NCBI GenBank assembly: GCA_043755495.1
Contig: JAYUSV010000358.1
Coordinates: 1 to 43,902, forward strand
Length of the DNA: 43,902 nt
Reading direction: 5' to 3'
Source: Synechococcales cyanobacterium
GTDB lineage: Bacteria; Cyanobacteriota; Cyanobacteriia; Cyanobacteriales; Chamaesiphonaceae
In this document: positions 9,243 through 19,900 of the stretch, piece after piece
Layout: every line of letters begins with the position of its first letter
How positions within the stretch are numbered: position 1 is the first letter of the stretch
Notes under the pieces: generated by a model
Told to the model about the DNA's origin: nothing
What the model saw: only the letters and a program-made list of their open reading frames with translations
Databases searched by the model: none
Program-made: the position numbers and the translations under genes

Positions 9243-12200
9243 TTAATTGACTCTGGTACGGAAACGCATGAAACCGGCAGATTTTTCGGTAAGGGTACTA
9301 TTGATGGGGTTAACTATCGTACCTAAATCTACTACTACAGCGCCATTAGTATTGGTGTAGATTGGGTCTGCCGGAGATTTCCGGCAGGCGTTAGGCAGGG
9401 TGATTCCGGGTGGATAGTAGCGAGCTTTATCGCTATCGGTGAGATTGGTATAAGCCAGTGGCTGGTCGTTGATCTGAGCTACTATGCCTCGATCGGCTCC
9501 GATGTTACCACCTGCTGCTGATGGCACTGCTGCTGTCCCAATCCACTGGGCGATCGAAGGCACGAAGACTTGTTTATCAGGTATCAAATCACAAATACTG
9601 ACGTTGTTAGCTACGCCTTCGCCATTAGACAAGAAATAGATGGTGTACTCTACCATGTCACCCGGTCTGACGTTACCGCCATCGGTACCGCCAACTAGAA
9701 AGTTAGCAAGATCTGGCCATTGATTGGTATCGGGTGGAATAATTGCTGGTACGGTCAGGGTGTTGTCGTCGTAGGGGTTGCTAGGTTCATCATAGTAGTT
9801 AGATAGGTTCTGGCCATTTAAGGTAGAAGTAGAACCATTAATGTTGGTGATTCGTTTTACTAGTAGTACGCCAGGAGCATTTAGTGGTGTGCTACTAAAT
9901 TCGGAGGTGTCACCATTCAGGGTAGCGGTGGCTGTAATAGCAACTGCATCGGTGATGCTGACAGAGAAATCACAGCTAAAAGTGCTGTCGGCTAAGGCAA
10001 GGCAGTTGCCTATATAAGTACGACCTTCACCATGAGATTTATTTTTGCCATCACCCAGTAACACTTCACCACTTTGGTTGGCAGGGCTATTGTCGGCAAC
10101 AAAAAATTCTAGCTTGGCTCCAGCGAAGGCGCTACTGCCATTTGGCTGGTTGCCTAGGTAGCCTTTGACTGTTAATGTACCACTACTAATCCGTGAAGAG
10201 GTAATTACGGGGTAGTCCAGACCAATGTTAGGAATAGCTGGAGCAGTACTACCATTGTTGGCTGTCACTCCATCGCCTAATAACCAACTGCGAGGGTCAA
10301 TATCAATGCCTAAGCCGCTGTTCCCATAAATGCTATTTTCGGAAATAGTGTTTTGGATCGGTGTAATTGAAGTGGTTGCTGGTAAAACACTGCTACTAGC
10401 GCTGAGTAAAATCCCTGCTCCAGCATAGTTGGTGCCAGTGCTGACGGGTGTAGTGCCGTGGATGATATTACGGAGAATTGTGTTGCCGATTGCATTATTA
10501 TATAGACCAATCCCGGCTGTAGATGAACCTTCGATCGTGTTGTTTTTAATTTGATTGCCAGAAGTGGGAGCAACCAAGGTACTTACTAGCTCAATGCCTT
10601 TGCCACTATCTAAGGTATTACTACTCACCCCTCGTGTATTGGCAATCAGGTTGTTTTCCACCAAAACATTGGAGGCGCTCCATAACGCTACGCTGTCGCC
10701 TTCGGCTGATTTTTGGGGGCTATTGGGTGCTGCATTAGGGCCGTTAGATTGATATTCGTTGCCAGTGATTTTGGAGCCATTGGCACCAGCGCCATACAAA
10801 ATTGTACCGTAACCATTGTAGGCAATGAAGTTATTTTTGATTTCGCAGGCGGCAAAGCAAATGGTGCCATAGCGTTGGTTTTGTAAGGATGCTCCCGGAT
10901 CAGAGCCATCAGCGAAAGTACCAATGAGGTTTTGCTCAATAATCGCTGCCCCCGCTGGTGAGACGTTGCTGCCATTACTGCTGCCGACTCTAACAGCACC
11001 GCTATCACCACCGGCAGCAGTGGAGTAGTTACCCTTAGTTCCATAGACTGCAACGCCTTTAAGAATGGCGAAGTCAGCGTTGAGGGTAACGGCATATTGA
11101 TCAGCGTTGGTGGAATCGGTGAGATTGCGACCATCAATGACAATTTCTGGTCGATCGGTCTTAGCCACAGCTTGGTTGCTAATGCCTACCCCCACACCAC
11201 TACCAACTTGGCCAGCATTAGAGTTGCCAATATTGGTGGTTTGGGTAAAGCCGCTAATTGTTGTATTGCTATCAGTGACTGCATCTAGTGGTGATGTTAA
11301 AGTAATGACCGCCGCCCCATTGTTATTAGCAGTACCTGCAACTTGGTTGAGCAGACCAGTTCGTTGGCCAGCATTGCTGCTGCCATCAGGAATCATAAAA
11401 ATACTAACTTCTTTACCAGCAGTTTGTCCAACTTGAGTTAATCCGGTATTGGGAAGAGCGTTGCTGTTGAGAATAAACTGGCGCAGGGAACCTTGACCAG
11501 AGTCATTGGTATTGACGATCGAGTCAAAATTATAGCCAAAGTCTAGGCCACTAATAGCAGCCGTATTTACCTGAACCTTAGTCAGAGACTGAATGTAGTT
11601 ACCTGTTGCTACTGTGCCACCAGCCGTAGTGAACTTTGCAGTTACTGGGTCAAGGATAGCCCCAGCACCAGCAATACCAGCATCTAATTGATTTGGTGTT
11701 TCACCACCAACCTTATTAATTACCGCAGATGGTAGACTAGTGGCGGCACTTGCATCGGTCAGAAAAGTTTGGACAGGTACTAAGCCCGTAGCAGTAGTTG
11801 AGCGGGAGGAAACAACTGTTTTGTTAACTACCCGCACATAGAAATCACCTACTGGCACGCCAGGGAAAGTGTAGCTGCCACCGCTACTTGTTGTAGTTAA
11901 TCGAACAAATTTACCCGTACTGTCATAAATCTCTACGGTTGCTCCATCCACACCAATACCGCCAGAGGCCGTTTTGCTGCGACCTGCACCACCACCATAA
12001 TTTACATCATCAAACACGTTGCCAGAGATATCTTTACCTAGGACTAATGCCGAACCGATCGCGCTGGCTTCACGGATACCGTTGGCTGGAGCACCAATGA
12101 CTTCTTGACTACTCGATGGGGTTCCGGCTGTAGCTGGGTCTCCGTTGTCTATGGTGTAGACATCTTGGCTGTTGTTATTTATGAATGACTGGTTTTGCAG

Positions 12201-12941
12201 TCTATTTTGAGGAGTTATAGTAGAAGCTGGATCTATCGGACTATTACCAAGCAGCACTGTAATATTTGTGCCTGCGCTAGCCGTAATAGTCACCGGTACT
12301 CTTACTTTAATAGTGCCACCAGCATTTACTGAGCCACCGTTAGCTCCTGCTGTACTGCCTAATAAGACACCAGTGCTGTTAGTGCCAGCAGCAAAAGCTG
12401 TAGGTACATTTACGGGTGCAGGATTGCTGCCCACACCATCGAATACCGAGCTGCCGTAGCCAATAATTTGCAACTGACCGACTGTACCCCCGCCGGTAAC
12501 AGTGGCTGTGCTTGGAATCACAAATTGGGTGGGGTCATTACCGACGTTGGTAATAGTGAAGTCGAAGTAAACCACGTCGCCAGTGTGAATGCCGGGAGCA
12601 TTTTGGTAAGGTCCTGCTCCGGCGACTCCAGCGGGAGCATCTACCGCAATTTCTGATCCAATATTAATCCCGGCTACTTCGGCGACGGTGAGGGTGACAA
12701 TGTTAGATGTTACATCTTGCACTGCATTAGTTAAGTCATCGCCGTCTGTAAAAGTACCTGTGGCTTGGTTGTCGATCGTGGTACCAGCGACTGGAGGAGC
12801 CGCCAGCAGGGGCAAGATATACAGAGAGTTCCCAATTGTGGCTAAACCCAAGATCACTAACAATTTTGCCCAGGGACTGGGGCGAAGAGTAGTATTTTTT
12901 GAACGAGCGAGATTGTTAGTGGTTGGGTAAGGTTTCAACAT
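9243..12941 (-). CDS. Giant secreted beta-rich surface protein, paralogue B (1232 aa): shared N-module, SdrD-B-like, CSLREA-like motif, parallel beta-helix, GNTSEFS-type module, shared C-terminal domain
   Basis: ATG start at 12941. Signal-like LLVILGLATIGNSLYILPLLAAPP. N-module IDNQATGTFTDGDD...SNIVTLTVAEVAGI...VYFDFTITNVGNDPTQF (aa 54-300). ISGNVFDDVNYGGGAGRS; QGSLRQFILNSNA; beta-helix repeats (IKNNFI, ITGNEY, VENNLI, IKNNTI, ILRNII, ISENSIYGNSGLGIDI); ITATATLNGDTSEFS. CTD at nt 9246-9881. Confidence 0.88.
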   Translation of the reverse strand: MLKPYPTTNNLARSKNTTLRPSPWAKLLVILGLATIGNSLYILPLLAAPPVAGTTIDNQATGTFTDGDDLTNAVQDVTSNIVTLTVAEVAGINIGSEIAVDAPAGVAGAGPYQNAPGIHTGDVVYFDFTITNVGNDPTQFVIPSTATVTGGGTVGQLQIIGYGSSVFDGVGSNPAPVNVPTAFAAGTNSTGVLLGSTAGANGGSVNAGGTIKVRVPVTITASAGTNITVLLGNSPIDPASTITPQNRLQNQSFINNNSQDVYTIDNGDPATAGTPSSSQEVIGAPANGIREASAIGSALVLGKDISGNVFDDVNYGGGAGRSKTASGGIGVDGATVEIYDSTGKFVRLTTTSSGGSYTFPGVPVGDFYVRVVNKTVVSSRSTTATGLVPVQTFLTDASAATSLPSAVINKVGGETPNQLDAGIAGAGAILDPVTAKFTTAGGTVATGNYIQSLTKVQVNTAAISGLDFGYNFDSIVNTNDSGQGSLRQFILNSNALPNTGLTQVGQTAGKEVSIFMIPDGSSNAGQRTGLLNQVAGTANNNGAAVITLTSPLDAVTDSNTTISGFTQTTNIGNSNAGQVGSGVGVGISNQAVAKTDRPEIVIDGRNLTDSTNADQYAVTLNADFAILKGVAVYGTKGNYSTAAGGDSGAVRVGSSNGSNVSPAGAAIIEQNLIGTFADGSDPGASLQNQRYGTICFAACEIKNNFIAYNGYGTILYGAGANGSKITGNEYQSNGPNAAPNSPQKSAEGDSVALWSASNVLVENNLIANTRGVSSNTLDSGKGIELVSTLVAPTSGNQIKNNTIEGSSTAGIGLYNNAIGNTILRNIIHGTTPVSTGTNYAGAGILLSASSSVLPATTSITPIQNTISENSIYGNSGLGIDIDPRSWLLGDGVTANNGSTAPAIPNIGLDYPVITSSRISSGTLTVKGYLGNQPNGSSAFAGAKLEFFVADNSPANQSGEVLLGDGKNKSHGEGRTYIGNCLALADSTFSCDFSVSITDAVAITATATLNGDTSEFSSTPLNAPGVLLVKRITNINGSTSTLNGQNLSNYYDEPSNPYDDNTLTVPAIIPPDTNQWPDLANFLVGGTDGGNVRPGDMVEYTIYFLSNGEGVANNVSICDLIPDKQVFVPSIAQWIGTAAVPSAAGGNIGADRGIVAQINDQPLAYTNLTDSDKARYYPPGITLPNACRKSPADPIYTNTNGAVVVDLGTIVNPINSTLTEKSAGFMRFRTRVN
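9246..9881 (-). other. Shared C-terminal domain (CTD), copy in paralogue B (aa 1021-1232)
   Basis: GVLLVKRITNI...NQWPDLANF...VRPGDMVEYTIYFLSNGEGVANNVSICD...LAYTNLT...NACR...GAVVVDLGT...GFMRFRTRVN-stop. Confidence 0.8.
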
Positions 12942-13099
12942 AGTTGGGGAGATCGGGTATCGGGAAGTCTTGATAAATAAACTAAGATGGTAAAACTATC
13001 CTTTCTGTATTCATTATTCCCTAGCAACAATCGATTTGGTTCAGTAATTTCTCTAGACTATTGGTGCCCAAAAGGTCTCGGGATAGGGTGTCCGTCTTT

Positions 13100-16000
13100 C
13101 TACTGCCGTATTTTTACCTTGAATTTAATGTAGCCCCGTTCTTGTCTGTTCAATGGATTGCTGTTGCTAGCAATATCTGCCACAACGACGTTGTCAGACA
13201 AATTATTAGTGGTGTTGCTTGCTGTATTACAACCTGTCGGCAAGGTGGTGTTGCTAGAAAAAAAGCCATTGTCGGTATCGGTACTAGTATTGGTAAGATA
13301 GGTGGTAGTATTGGTATAGCTAATGGAAGGGACATAATCAGGAATAGCTTCTTTAACCAACTGGATGCCTTGTGTTGTGGTAGTTACCGCACTAAATTGA
13401 GGCTGAAAGATCAAGTCGGCATTGAGTCGATCGCATACACGAGCCTGACTAATGCGGTTGTCGCCAGCATTTAAATAGTACATCGTATACTCTACTTCAT
13501 CACCGGGCTTAGCGCTAACTCCATTGACTTCGCCTCTAATATAGCTATTGCCAGCATCATTCCAGCCGGGATGCTCGTCTAAGGTAGTACTAGAATCGTT
13601 TCTAAAACTATTGAATGTAGTAATAGCTCCAGTGGTTCCGTCCTTAATAGCAGTGATCCGTTTAGCCAAAACTAAGTTGGCTCGATCGTTTGGTATGGCA
13701 CTGAACTCAGAAGTGTTGCCAGCGCTATCGGTAGCAGTTGCCGTAATATTGTTGGCATCGGTTAAACCTCTAGCTCCGGCATTTGAAAACTCGCAGTTAA
13801 ATTGACTATTTGCATTCGTCAAGCATGAACCAATATAGGTTCGGCCTTCTCCATGAGGCTTTGCTTGGCCATCATTAATGATCACTTCACCATCTTGATC
13901 GGCGGGACTATTATCAGCAATAAAAAATTCTAAATTGGCACCAACAAATTTTGAGCTGCTCAGTTCGCTACCAACAAAGCCTTTTACGGTAAGCTTTCCT
14001 CCGGCCAGTACAGAATAAGTAATTACAGGATAATCCATCCCCTTATTGCCATATTCTTCCGCAGAACTAGTATCATCAACAATGCCATTATTGGCGGTAA
14101 GTCCTTGGTTGATATAAGACCCTGGATTTGGACTTAAATCTATACCAACATTAGTATTAGCATAAATACTGTTCTTAGTGATTCTGATTCCGGTAGCTCC
14201 TTTCTCAATTAATATGCCCACACCCGAGTTGTTGGCTATAATGTTTTGTTTGATAGTATGATCATGCTCTGCCGTATTAATTAAGATACCTGCGTTGTTA
14301 TTGCGTTCAATAGTATTTTGTAAAACAGTCGTATTAGAGCCAGTACTATTGCCATCCATCAAAACTCCCCACCCACAATTGTATAAATAGTTGTTTTGGA
14401 TGAGGGTACTACTCGCACTACTTGAATTTGTGCCCGCACTAATATGAATGCAAGCACCAGTAACAGCGCTGCCATCGGTCTTTCCAGACGTAATTTCGTT
14501 ATTTGTAATAATAATATTGGTTAGGTTATTAACATTTGCGGCATTAATCACAATAGGTTCATTTGTTGCCAGAAGCAAATTGTGATCAACTAGTGTGTTG
14601 CTACCACTAATTTGCAATGATTTGCCATAGCCCCCATTCGCTTGAACTTGGGTGGCTGAAATTGTGCCAGCAAGAATATTTTCGATGCGGCTATCGGTAC
14701 TGGTACTTGTCGTCTGAATCGCTGCTGAGGCATTACCAGTGAAACTAATGCTATTGATGTACGTGCCTCGTCCACTAGTGAAAATGGCAATATCATTGAT
14801 AGTTTTAAGCTCTATTTCTGGACCATTGATTCTAGTTAAGATGTTGCCACCTATACCGATCGACGTAGTAGTATTGCCAAAGGCAGTGTTGTTAGTATTC
14901 CCTTGATTAATAGTTTGAGTACGGCCATCGATCGCTGTAAAAGAATCTCTAATAATTAAACGCCCACCACTGGGAGAAGTTCCCAAGCTAATTAGGGCAA
15001 CACCATTGGCTGGTAGAGAGTTGGCTGGAATCATAAAAATGCTAGTTTCTACACCGAGCGCGGGATCGATTGCCGTAGTACCTGGTGCTGGGGAAGGGTT
15101 AGCAATCTGATCTAAGCCGGTATTGCTCAGGGCGTTGCTATTTGCCACAAATTGTCGCAGCGAACCTTGCCCAGTACTATTAGTATTAACAATGGTATCA
15201 AAGTTATAGCCAAAGTCGATACCAGTCACAGCAGCACTGCTTACTTGCACTGTCGTTATAGACTGTGCTTCTTGGGTACTAGTATCTAGAGTACTCAAAT
15301 TAGCATTTGTAGTATTAGATGGAGCATCAATCTCTCTGGGTTTTTCACCTCCTACTTTATCTGTCACATCAGTAGCTGTCCCTGTAGAGGCATTGGTACG
15401 AAAGGTTTGAACGGGAAGTAATCCCACGGTAGAAGCTGGATTTGGCCGCGAGGAAATGATCGTATTATTAACTACCCGAACTCTATAATCATCAGCTACA
15501 ATGCCACTGCTAATATTACTAGAGTCAAATTTATACACGCCATTAATACTAGTGAGAGTAAAGCCTTGCAAAATGCCCGCAGCGTTGTATAGCTCGACTC
15601 GAGCATTTCGCAACGGTACAGCGCTAGATGTACTTAGGGGGCGACCAGCTCCCCCACCATAATTAATATCTTCAAAAACTGTGCCAGCAATTGAGCCTGG
15701 GGGAGCTAATACTGCTGTGTTAAAACCAGCGCTGGCTTCTTGGCGGTGATTAGTAGCATCACCATTAATGGGCATACCGGCAGCTTCTCCAGGAGCACCG
15801 TCAGTGTTGTCAACAGTATATACATCGTTGGTACTGGCAACATAGGGAGTATTATTTGCAGATGGTGAACTGGCAGTATTACCTAGCGTAACAACCACAA
15901 AAGAATTAGCGGCAGCGGTAACAGTGACTGGCACCCGCACAATGATTGCGGCATCAACTGGAATAGAGCCTAGGATAGTATTGCCATCCAAAGTAGGGTC

Positions 16001-16516
16001 AGAGAGAGCACCAGTGTTGACGGCTGCGGTAATATTAATGGGCGTGGTTAAGTCGATTTTGGTACCAGTGCTAGTGATGTAGCTTACTACTTGCAATATG
16101 CCTGCTGTACCGCCAGTGATATTAGATGGTGCTATGGGCAAGAAAAATTTAGTGGGGTCATTACCAATGTTTTTAATTTGAAAATCAAAATTAGTAACTG
16201 TGCCGCTGATAGGACTGGGCGTATTGAAGGGCGTAATCAAAATTCCAGCCACTTCAGCTACGGTAATTGTAACAATGTTAGATACGACAGCTTCTTGACC
16301 AGCACTGCTGTCATCACCATCAGTAAATGTTCCTGTTGCTTGGTTGTTAATTATCACATTTGGTGCGGTAGGTGCGGCCAAAAGTGGTGCGACTTGAACA
16401 GAACTGTTTCCAGCAAATACGCCCAAGAAAATGATCAGATGAGTTAAATATTTATGGCATTTTCTAATATCCTTTTTTACAGAAGAACTTTTGGTAAAAT
16501 GTTGATATTTAATCAT
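13100..16516 (-). CDS. Giant secreted beta-rich surface protein, paralogue C (1138 aa): same architecture as B and D
   Basis: ATG start at 16516. Signal-like LTHLIIFLGVFAGNSSVQVAPLLAAP. N-module IINNQATGTFTDGDD...SNIVTITVAEVAGI...TNFDFQIKNIGNDPTKFFLP (aa 53-270, nt 15707-16360). IAGTVFEDINYGGGAGRPL; QGSLRQFVANSNA; beta-helix repeats (VDHNLL, ITNNEI, IQNNYL, LQNTIERNNNAGILI, IKQNIIANNSGVGILI, ITKNSIYANTNVGIDL); ITATATDSAGNTSEFS. CTD at nt 13103-13687. Confidence 0.88.
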   Translation of the reverse strand: MIKYQHFTKSSSVKKDIRKCHKYLTHLIIFLGVFAGNSSVQVAPLLAAPTAPNVIINNQATGTFTDGDDSSAGQEAVVSNIVTITVAEVAGILITPFNTPSPISGTVTNFDFQIKNIGNDPTKFFLPIAPSNITGGTAGILQVVSYITSTGTKIDLTTPINITAAVNTGALSDPTLDGNTILGSIPVDAAIIVRVPVTVTAAANSFVVVTLGNTASSPSANNTPYVASTNDVYTVDNTDGAPGEAAGMPINGDATNHRQEASAGFNTAVLAPPGSIAGTVFEDINYGGGAGRPLSTSSAVPLRNARVELYNAAGILQGFTLTSINGVYKFDSSNISSGIVADDYRVRVVNNTIISSRPNPASTVGLLPVQTFRTNASTGTATDVTDKVGGEKPREIDAPSNTTNANLSTLDTSTQEAQSITTVQVSSAAVTGIDFGYNFDTIVNTNSTGQGSLRQFVANSNALSNTGLDQIANPSPAPGTTAIDPALGVETSIFMIPANSLPANGVALISLGTSPSGGRLIIRDSFTAIDGRTQTINQGNTNNTAFGNTTTSIGIGGNILTRINGPEIELKTINDIAIFTSGRGTYINSISFTGNASAAIQTTSTSTDSRIENILAGTISATQVQANGGYGKSLQISGSNTLVDHNLLLATNEPIVINAANVNNLTNIIITNNEITSGKTDGSAVTGACIHISAGTNSSSASSTLIQNNYLYNCGWGVLMDGNSTGSNTTVLQNTIERNNNAGILINTAEHDHTIKQNIIANNSGVGILIEKGATGIRITKNSIYANTNVGIDLSPNPGSYINQGLTANNGIVDDTSSAEEYGNKGMDYPVITYSVLAGGKLTVKGFVGSELSSSKFVGANLEFFIADNSPADQDGEVIINDGQAKPHGEGRTYIGSCLTNANSQFNCEFSNAGARGLTDANNITATATDSAGNTSEFSAIPNDRANLVLAKRITAIKDGTTGAITTFNSFRNDSSTTLDEHPGWNDAGNSYIRGEVNGVSAKPGDEVEYTMYYLNAGDNRISQARVCDRLNADLIFQPQFSAVTTTTQGIQLVKEAIPDYVPSISYTNTTTYLTNTSTDTDNGFFSSNTTLPTGCNTASNTTNNLSDNVVVADIASNSNPLNRQERGYIKFKVKIRQ
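13103..13687 (-). other. Shared C-terminal domain (CTD), copy in paralogue C (last 195 aa)
   Basis: ANLVLAKRITAI...HPGWNDAGNSY...AKPGDEVEYTMYYLNAGDNRISQARVCD...TTYLTN...TGCN...DNVVVADIA...GYIKFKVKIRQ-stop. Confidence 0.8.
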
Positions 16517-16888
16517 GACTAGAATGCATTTATGGAGTGGGGAAATACCGAGTAAAAACAGTCCGATATTAACTCTTCGACTGAAAATATTTCGGTGGTT
16601 TCCCTATTCTAATTCTTAGTGATGTATGTTGAATATCGTATATATTCGGATCTTTGTTGCATTTTTACTTTTAACTGGAAGAATTTGTGTAATTACTTAG
16701 AGGCAGTCACATTTTAATGTAACAGAATAGCAAGATGTTACGTTTTGTTCTCATCCTTTGGCTTTTCTTGTTAGCAGAGAAGCAATTAATTATAACAACG
16801 AACAAATAAAGACAGCATATTATTTGTGCTACTTATCTACAGCATTTTTAGCTGTAGTAAATATACTGTCATAATAGATAGCAAATCC

Positions 16889-16921
16889 AACAAAAAAGGT
16901 GCCTCTGTAAACAGGGCACCT
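16889..16921 (-). terminator. Rho-independent terminator downstream of paralogue D
   Basis: The minus strand reads AGGTGCCCTGTTTACAGAGGCACC-TTTTTTGTTGG. It has a 7-bp GC-rich outer stem (AGGTGCC/GGCACCT) plus 3-4 inner pairs, followed by a U-tract, 17 nt after the stop codon of the 1186-aa gene. Confidence 0.65.
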
Positions 16922-16937
16922 AATGGATATCATTTTT

Positions 16938-19900
16938 CTATTTTTTCACTTTTACTTTGAAGCGAATGTAACCGTAAGAAGTGGCGGGCGCACCAGCGGA
17001 AGTAGAACCCATGAGGGGACTGCTGGTAGTGCCCACATCTACAACTACTACATCATTCGATAAATTAGTCCCGGAGTTGGCAGCTAAGTTACAGCTAGTG
17101 GCAAGACTAGGAGTCGTTAATCGTCCAGCATCTGCATCCGCGTCATTATTGGTGAGATATTGAGGAAGAGCACTAGTACCAGGAACCAAAGCAATGCCTT
17201 TATTTAAGGTGGCTGAGTTAGTGATGTCGAACTGAGTTTGAAAATCTAAGTTGGCATCTAGCTGGTCGCAGACACGGGCTTGGGTAGCTCTGTTTTCGCC
17301 ACTATTGAGGTAGTAGATGGTGTATTCTACTTCATCACCTGGTTTCACAGGTGAGGGAGTAATTTTGCCGACGGTATAGGTGTTGGTGCAGGCACCAGTG
17401 GAGCCAGTGGCAGTCGGCCAGTTACAGTTGTTGTCATCAGTTTTATTGGCAGATGTAGTATCATCGGTAAAGGCCGTGAAGTTAGTTACTGCATTGGTAT
17501 CAACATCTTTGATAGCAGTAATTCGCTTGACCAAGAGCACTTGGGCTTTTACTGGAGGTATGGAACTAAACTCGGAGGTGTTGCCAGCAGCGTCTGTAGC
17601 TGTGGCTGTAATGTTTCTAGCATTAGTTAAACTCAGGGTAGCTGTGTTGGTAAATTCACAGGCTGGGCTAATACCAAAGAGGCTGTTGGCATCGGTAGTA
17701 CAGGTGCCAATATAGGTCTTGCCTTCGCCATGAGGTCTTGATCGAGTATCGCCCAAAATAACTTCACCATTGTTGTTACCATCATCAGCCGCTACGAATA
17801 GCTCGACAACTTTATTGGTAAAAAGGGGATTGCCTGCGGAGCTGATTCCTACATAACCTTTGACCGTAAGTGTACCAGCACTTAATGTTGATGAAGTAAT
17901 GATCGGGTAGTCCATACCAATATTGGCAGCCTGGGTGCCCGTATTACTGGTGTTAGTCGCACCATCGTTGCCAGTTACTCCTGCCTGAAAAATGCTGCCA
18001 TTATAGATGCCTAGGTCAATTCCTAACTTGACGTTGCCAAACAAGCTGTTTTGAGAGATTTTGTTTCGCAAGCCGGAGTTGCTGTCAAGCTTCAAGATTA
18101 CTATGCCAGACCCGTAATTCCCGGCACCGTCTACCCGGCTATCGGTAATGATATTTTTCTCGATCGTGTCGTCGATACCCGCAGACATAATGCCTGCTTG
18201 GTAGTTGCCACTGAAGGTGTTATTTGTCACTTCGACACTAGAGCCAGTACTGATTTGGAGTCCTTTACCTTGAGAGAGAGCGCTGGCGACGCTAGTAGCA
18301 CCATGGATTAAGTTTTGATAAATCTTGATATTCTTGGCATTGATTTCTGTTTTTAGTTGATCGGCATATACGCCGCTGGCATCTGTGCCGATGTTTTTGG
18401 GGCCATTGGCAAAAACTTCATTGTTGTAAAAGTTAATTACGGCATTACTAATCACACCAGTGGAATTACCAAAGGTACCAGCATCGCCTAAGTAAGCAAA
18501 GTAGTTGTTGAAAATATCGGCGGCTCCGGTAGCTTGGAAGGCATAGCCCACGTAGGCATTGGCTGCTGGACTGCTGCCATTGGCAAGCGTGCCGCCCAGT
18601 AGTTGGGTCAGTGTGGCTTTGCCGCTATCGGTGACTGCGGGATTGATCCAAATTGCGCCATTGTTCATTCCTCCTAACCCTGCCTGAATGCGGTATCCAT
18701 AGAAGGAAAAGCCAGCCAGAGTGGTGTTTTGTCCTTGCACGACGATCGCGTTGCTACCACCGCCATTGGGGTTGAAGTTGCCGTTGACGATCGGCATGGT
18801 GCTAAAATCTAGAGCAATTTCGGGTTTGGGGATAACAGAGAGGGCTAGGTTATCGGTGCCGACTGTGCCGCCGGTGCCGACTGTGCCGGAGTTGGTATCG
18901 AAGACGTTTTGGGTTTGGGTGCGGCCATCGATCGATGTATTACTATCTGTAATGATCAGTTGGCTACTGAGGGCAATGACGGCTGTATTGTTGTTGCCGC
19001 CAGTGCCATTTATACCGGTGCTATAGCTACCCGATAGTCCGGCTCGGACTGAGCCGTCAGAAATCATAAAGATCGAGACTTCTTGGCCAGCAGTTTGACC
19101 TTCTTGAGCTAAATTAGTATTTGTTAGGGCGTTGCTATTGGTGACAAATTGACGGAGTGAACCTTGGCCAGCGTTACTAGTGTTGACGATTGTGTCAAAG
19201 TTATAGCCAAAATCAATCCCGGTAACGTTAGTAGTACTAACTTGCACAACCGTCAGTGACTGGGCTTCCTGAGTAGGCGTATCAAGGGTGGCAAGATTAG
19301 CGTTAGTGGTATTCGCCGAGGCATCAACTTCGGCTGGTTTCTCACCCCCCACATGGTCGGTGACATCAATAATCGACCCAGTGGTTGCGTCAGTGCGGAA
19401 GGTTTGCACTGGTACCAAAGTATTGACATAGCCCAGACGAGAGGATGTAACAGTACTGTTTACCACCCGAATTTTGTAGTTTCCGGCGATTACTCCCCCA
19501 ATGACGTTGGTGGCATCAAATTTGTACGCCCCAGCGCTATCAGTTGTGGTAAAGCCTTTGAATGCCCCGGTAGAATCATAGATCTCAACTATGGCATTGG
19601 CGCGACCTGATGTGGTGGGGGTATTGAGAGGACGACCTGCACCACCGCCGTAGTTGGGGTCTTCAAACACAGTCCCAGAAATAAATTTGGCTGTACTAAT
19701 TGCATTTACTGATTGGATGGCACTGGCTTCGCGCACGCCGTTAATCGGAGTACCGACCGCTTCGCCACTAACTGTTGATCCGACAGGATTATCGACAGTG
19801 TACACATCATTGGTACCAACAGTGTAGGTAATATTACTATCCCCAACAGTGGGTGTATCGCCTAAAATGACACTGACCGGACTACCCGTAGCAGCGGTGA

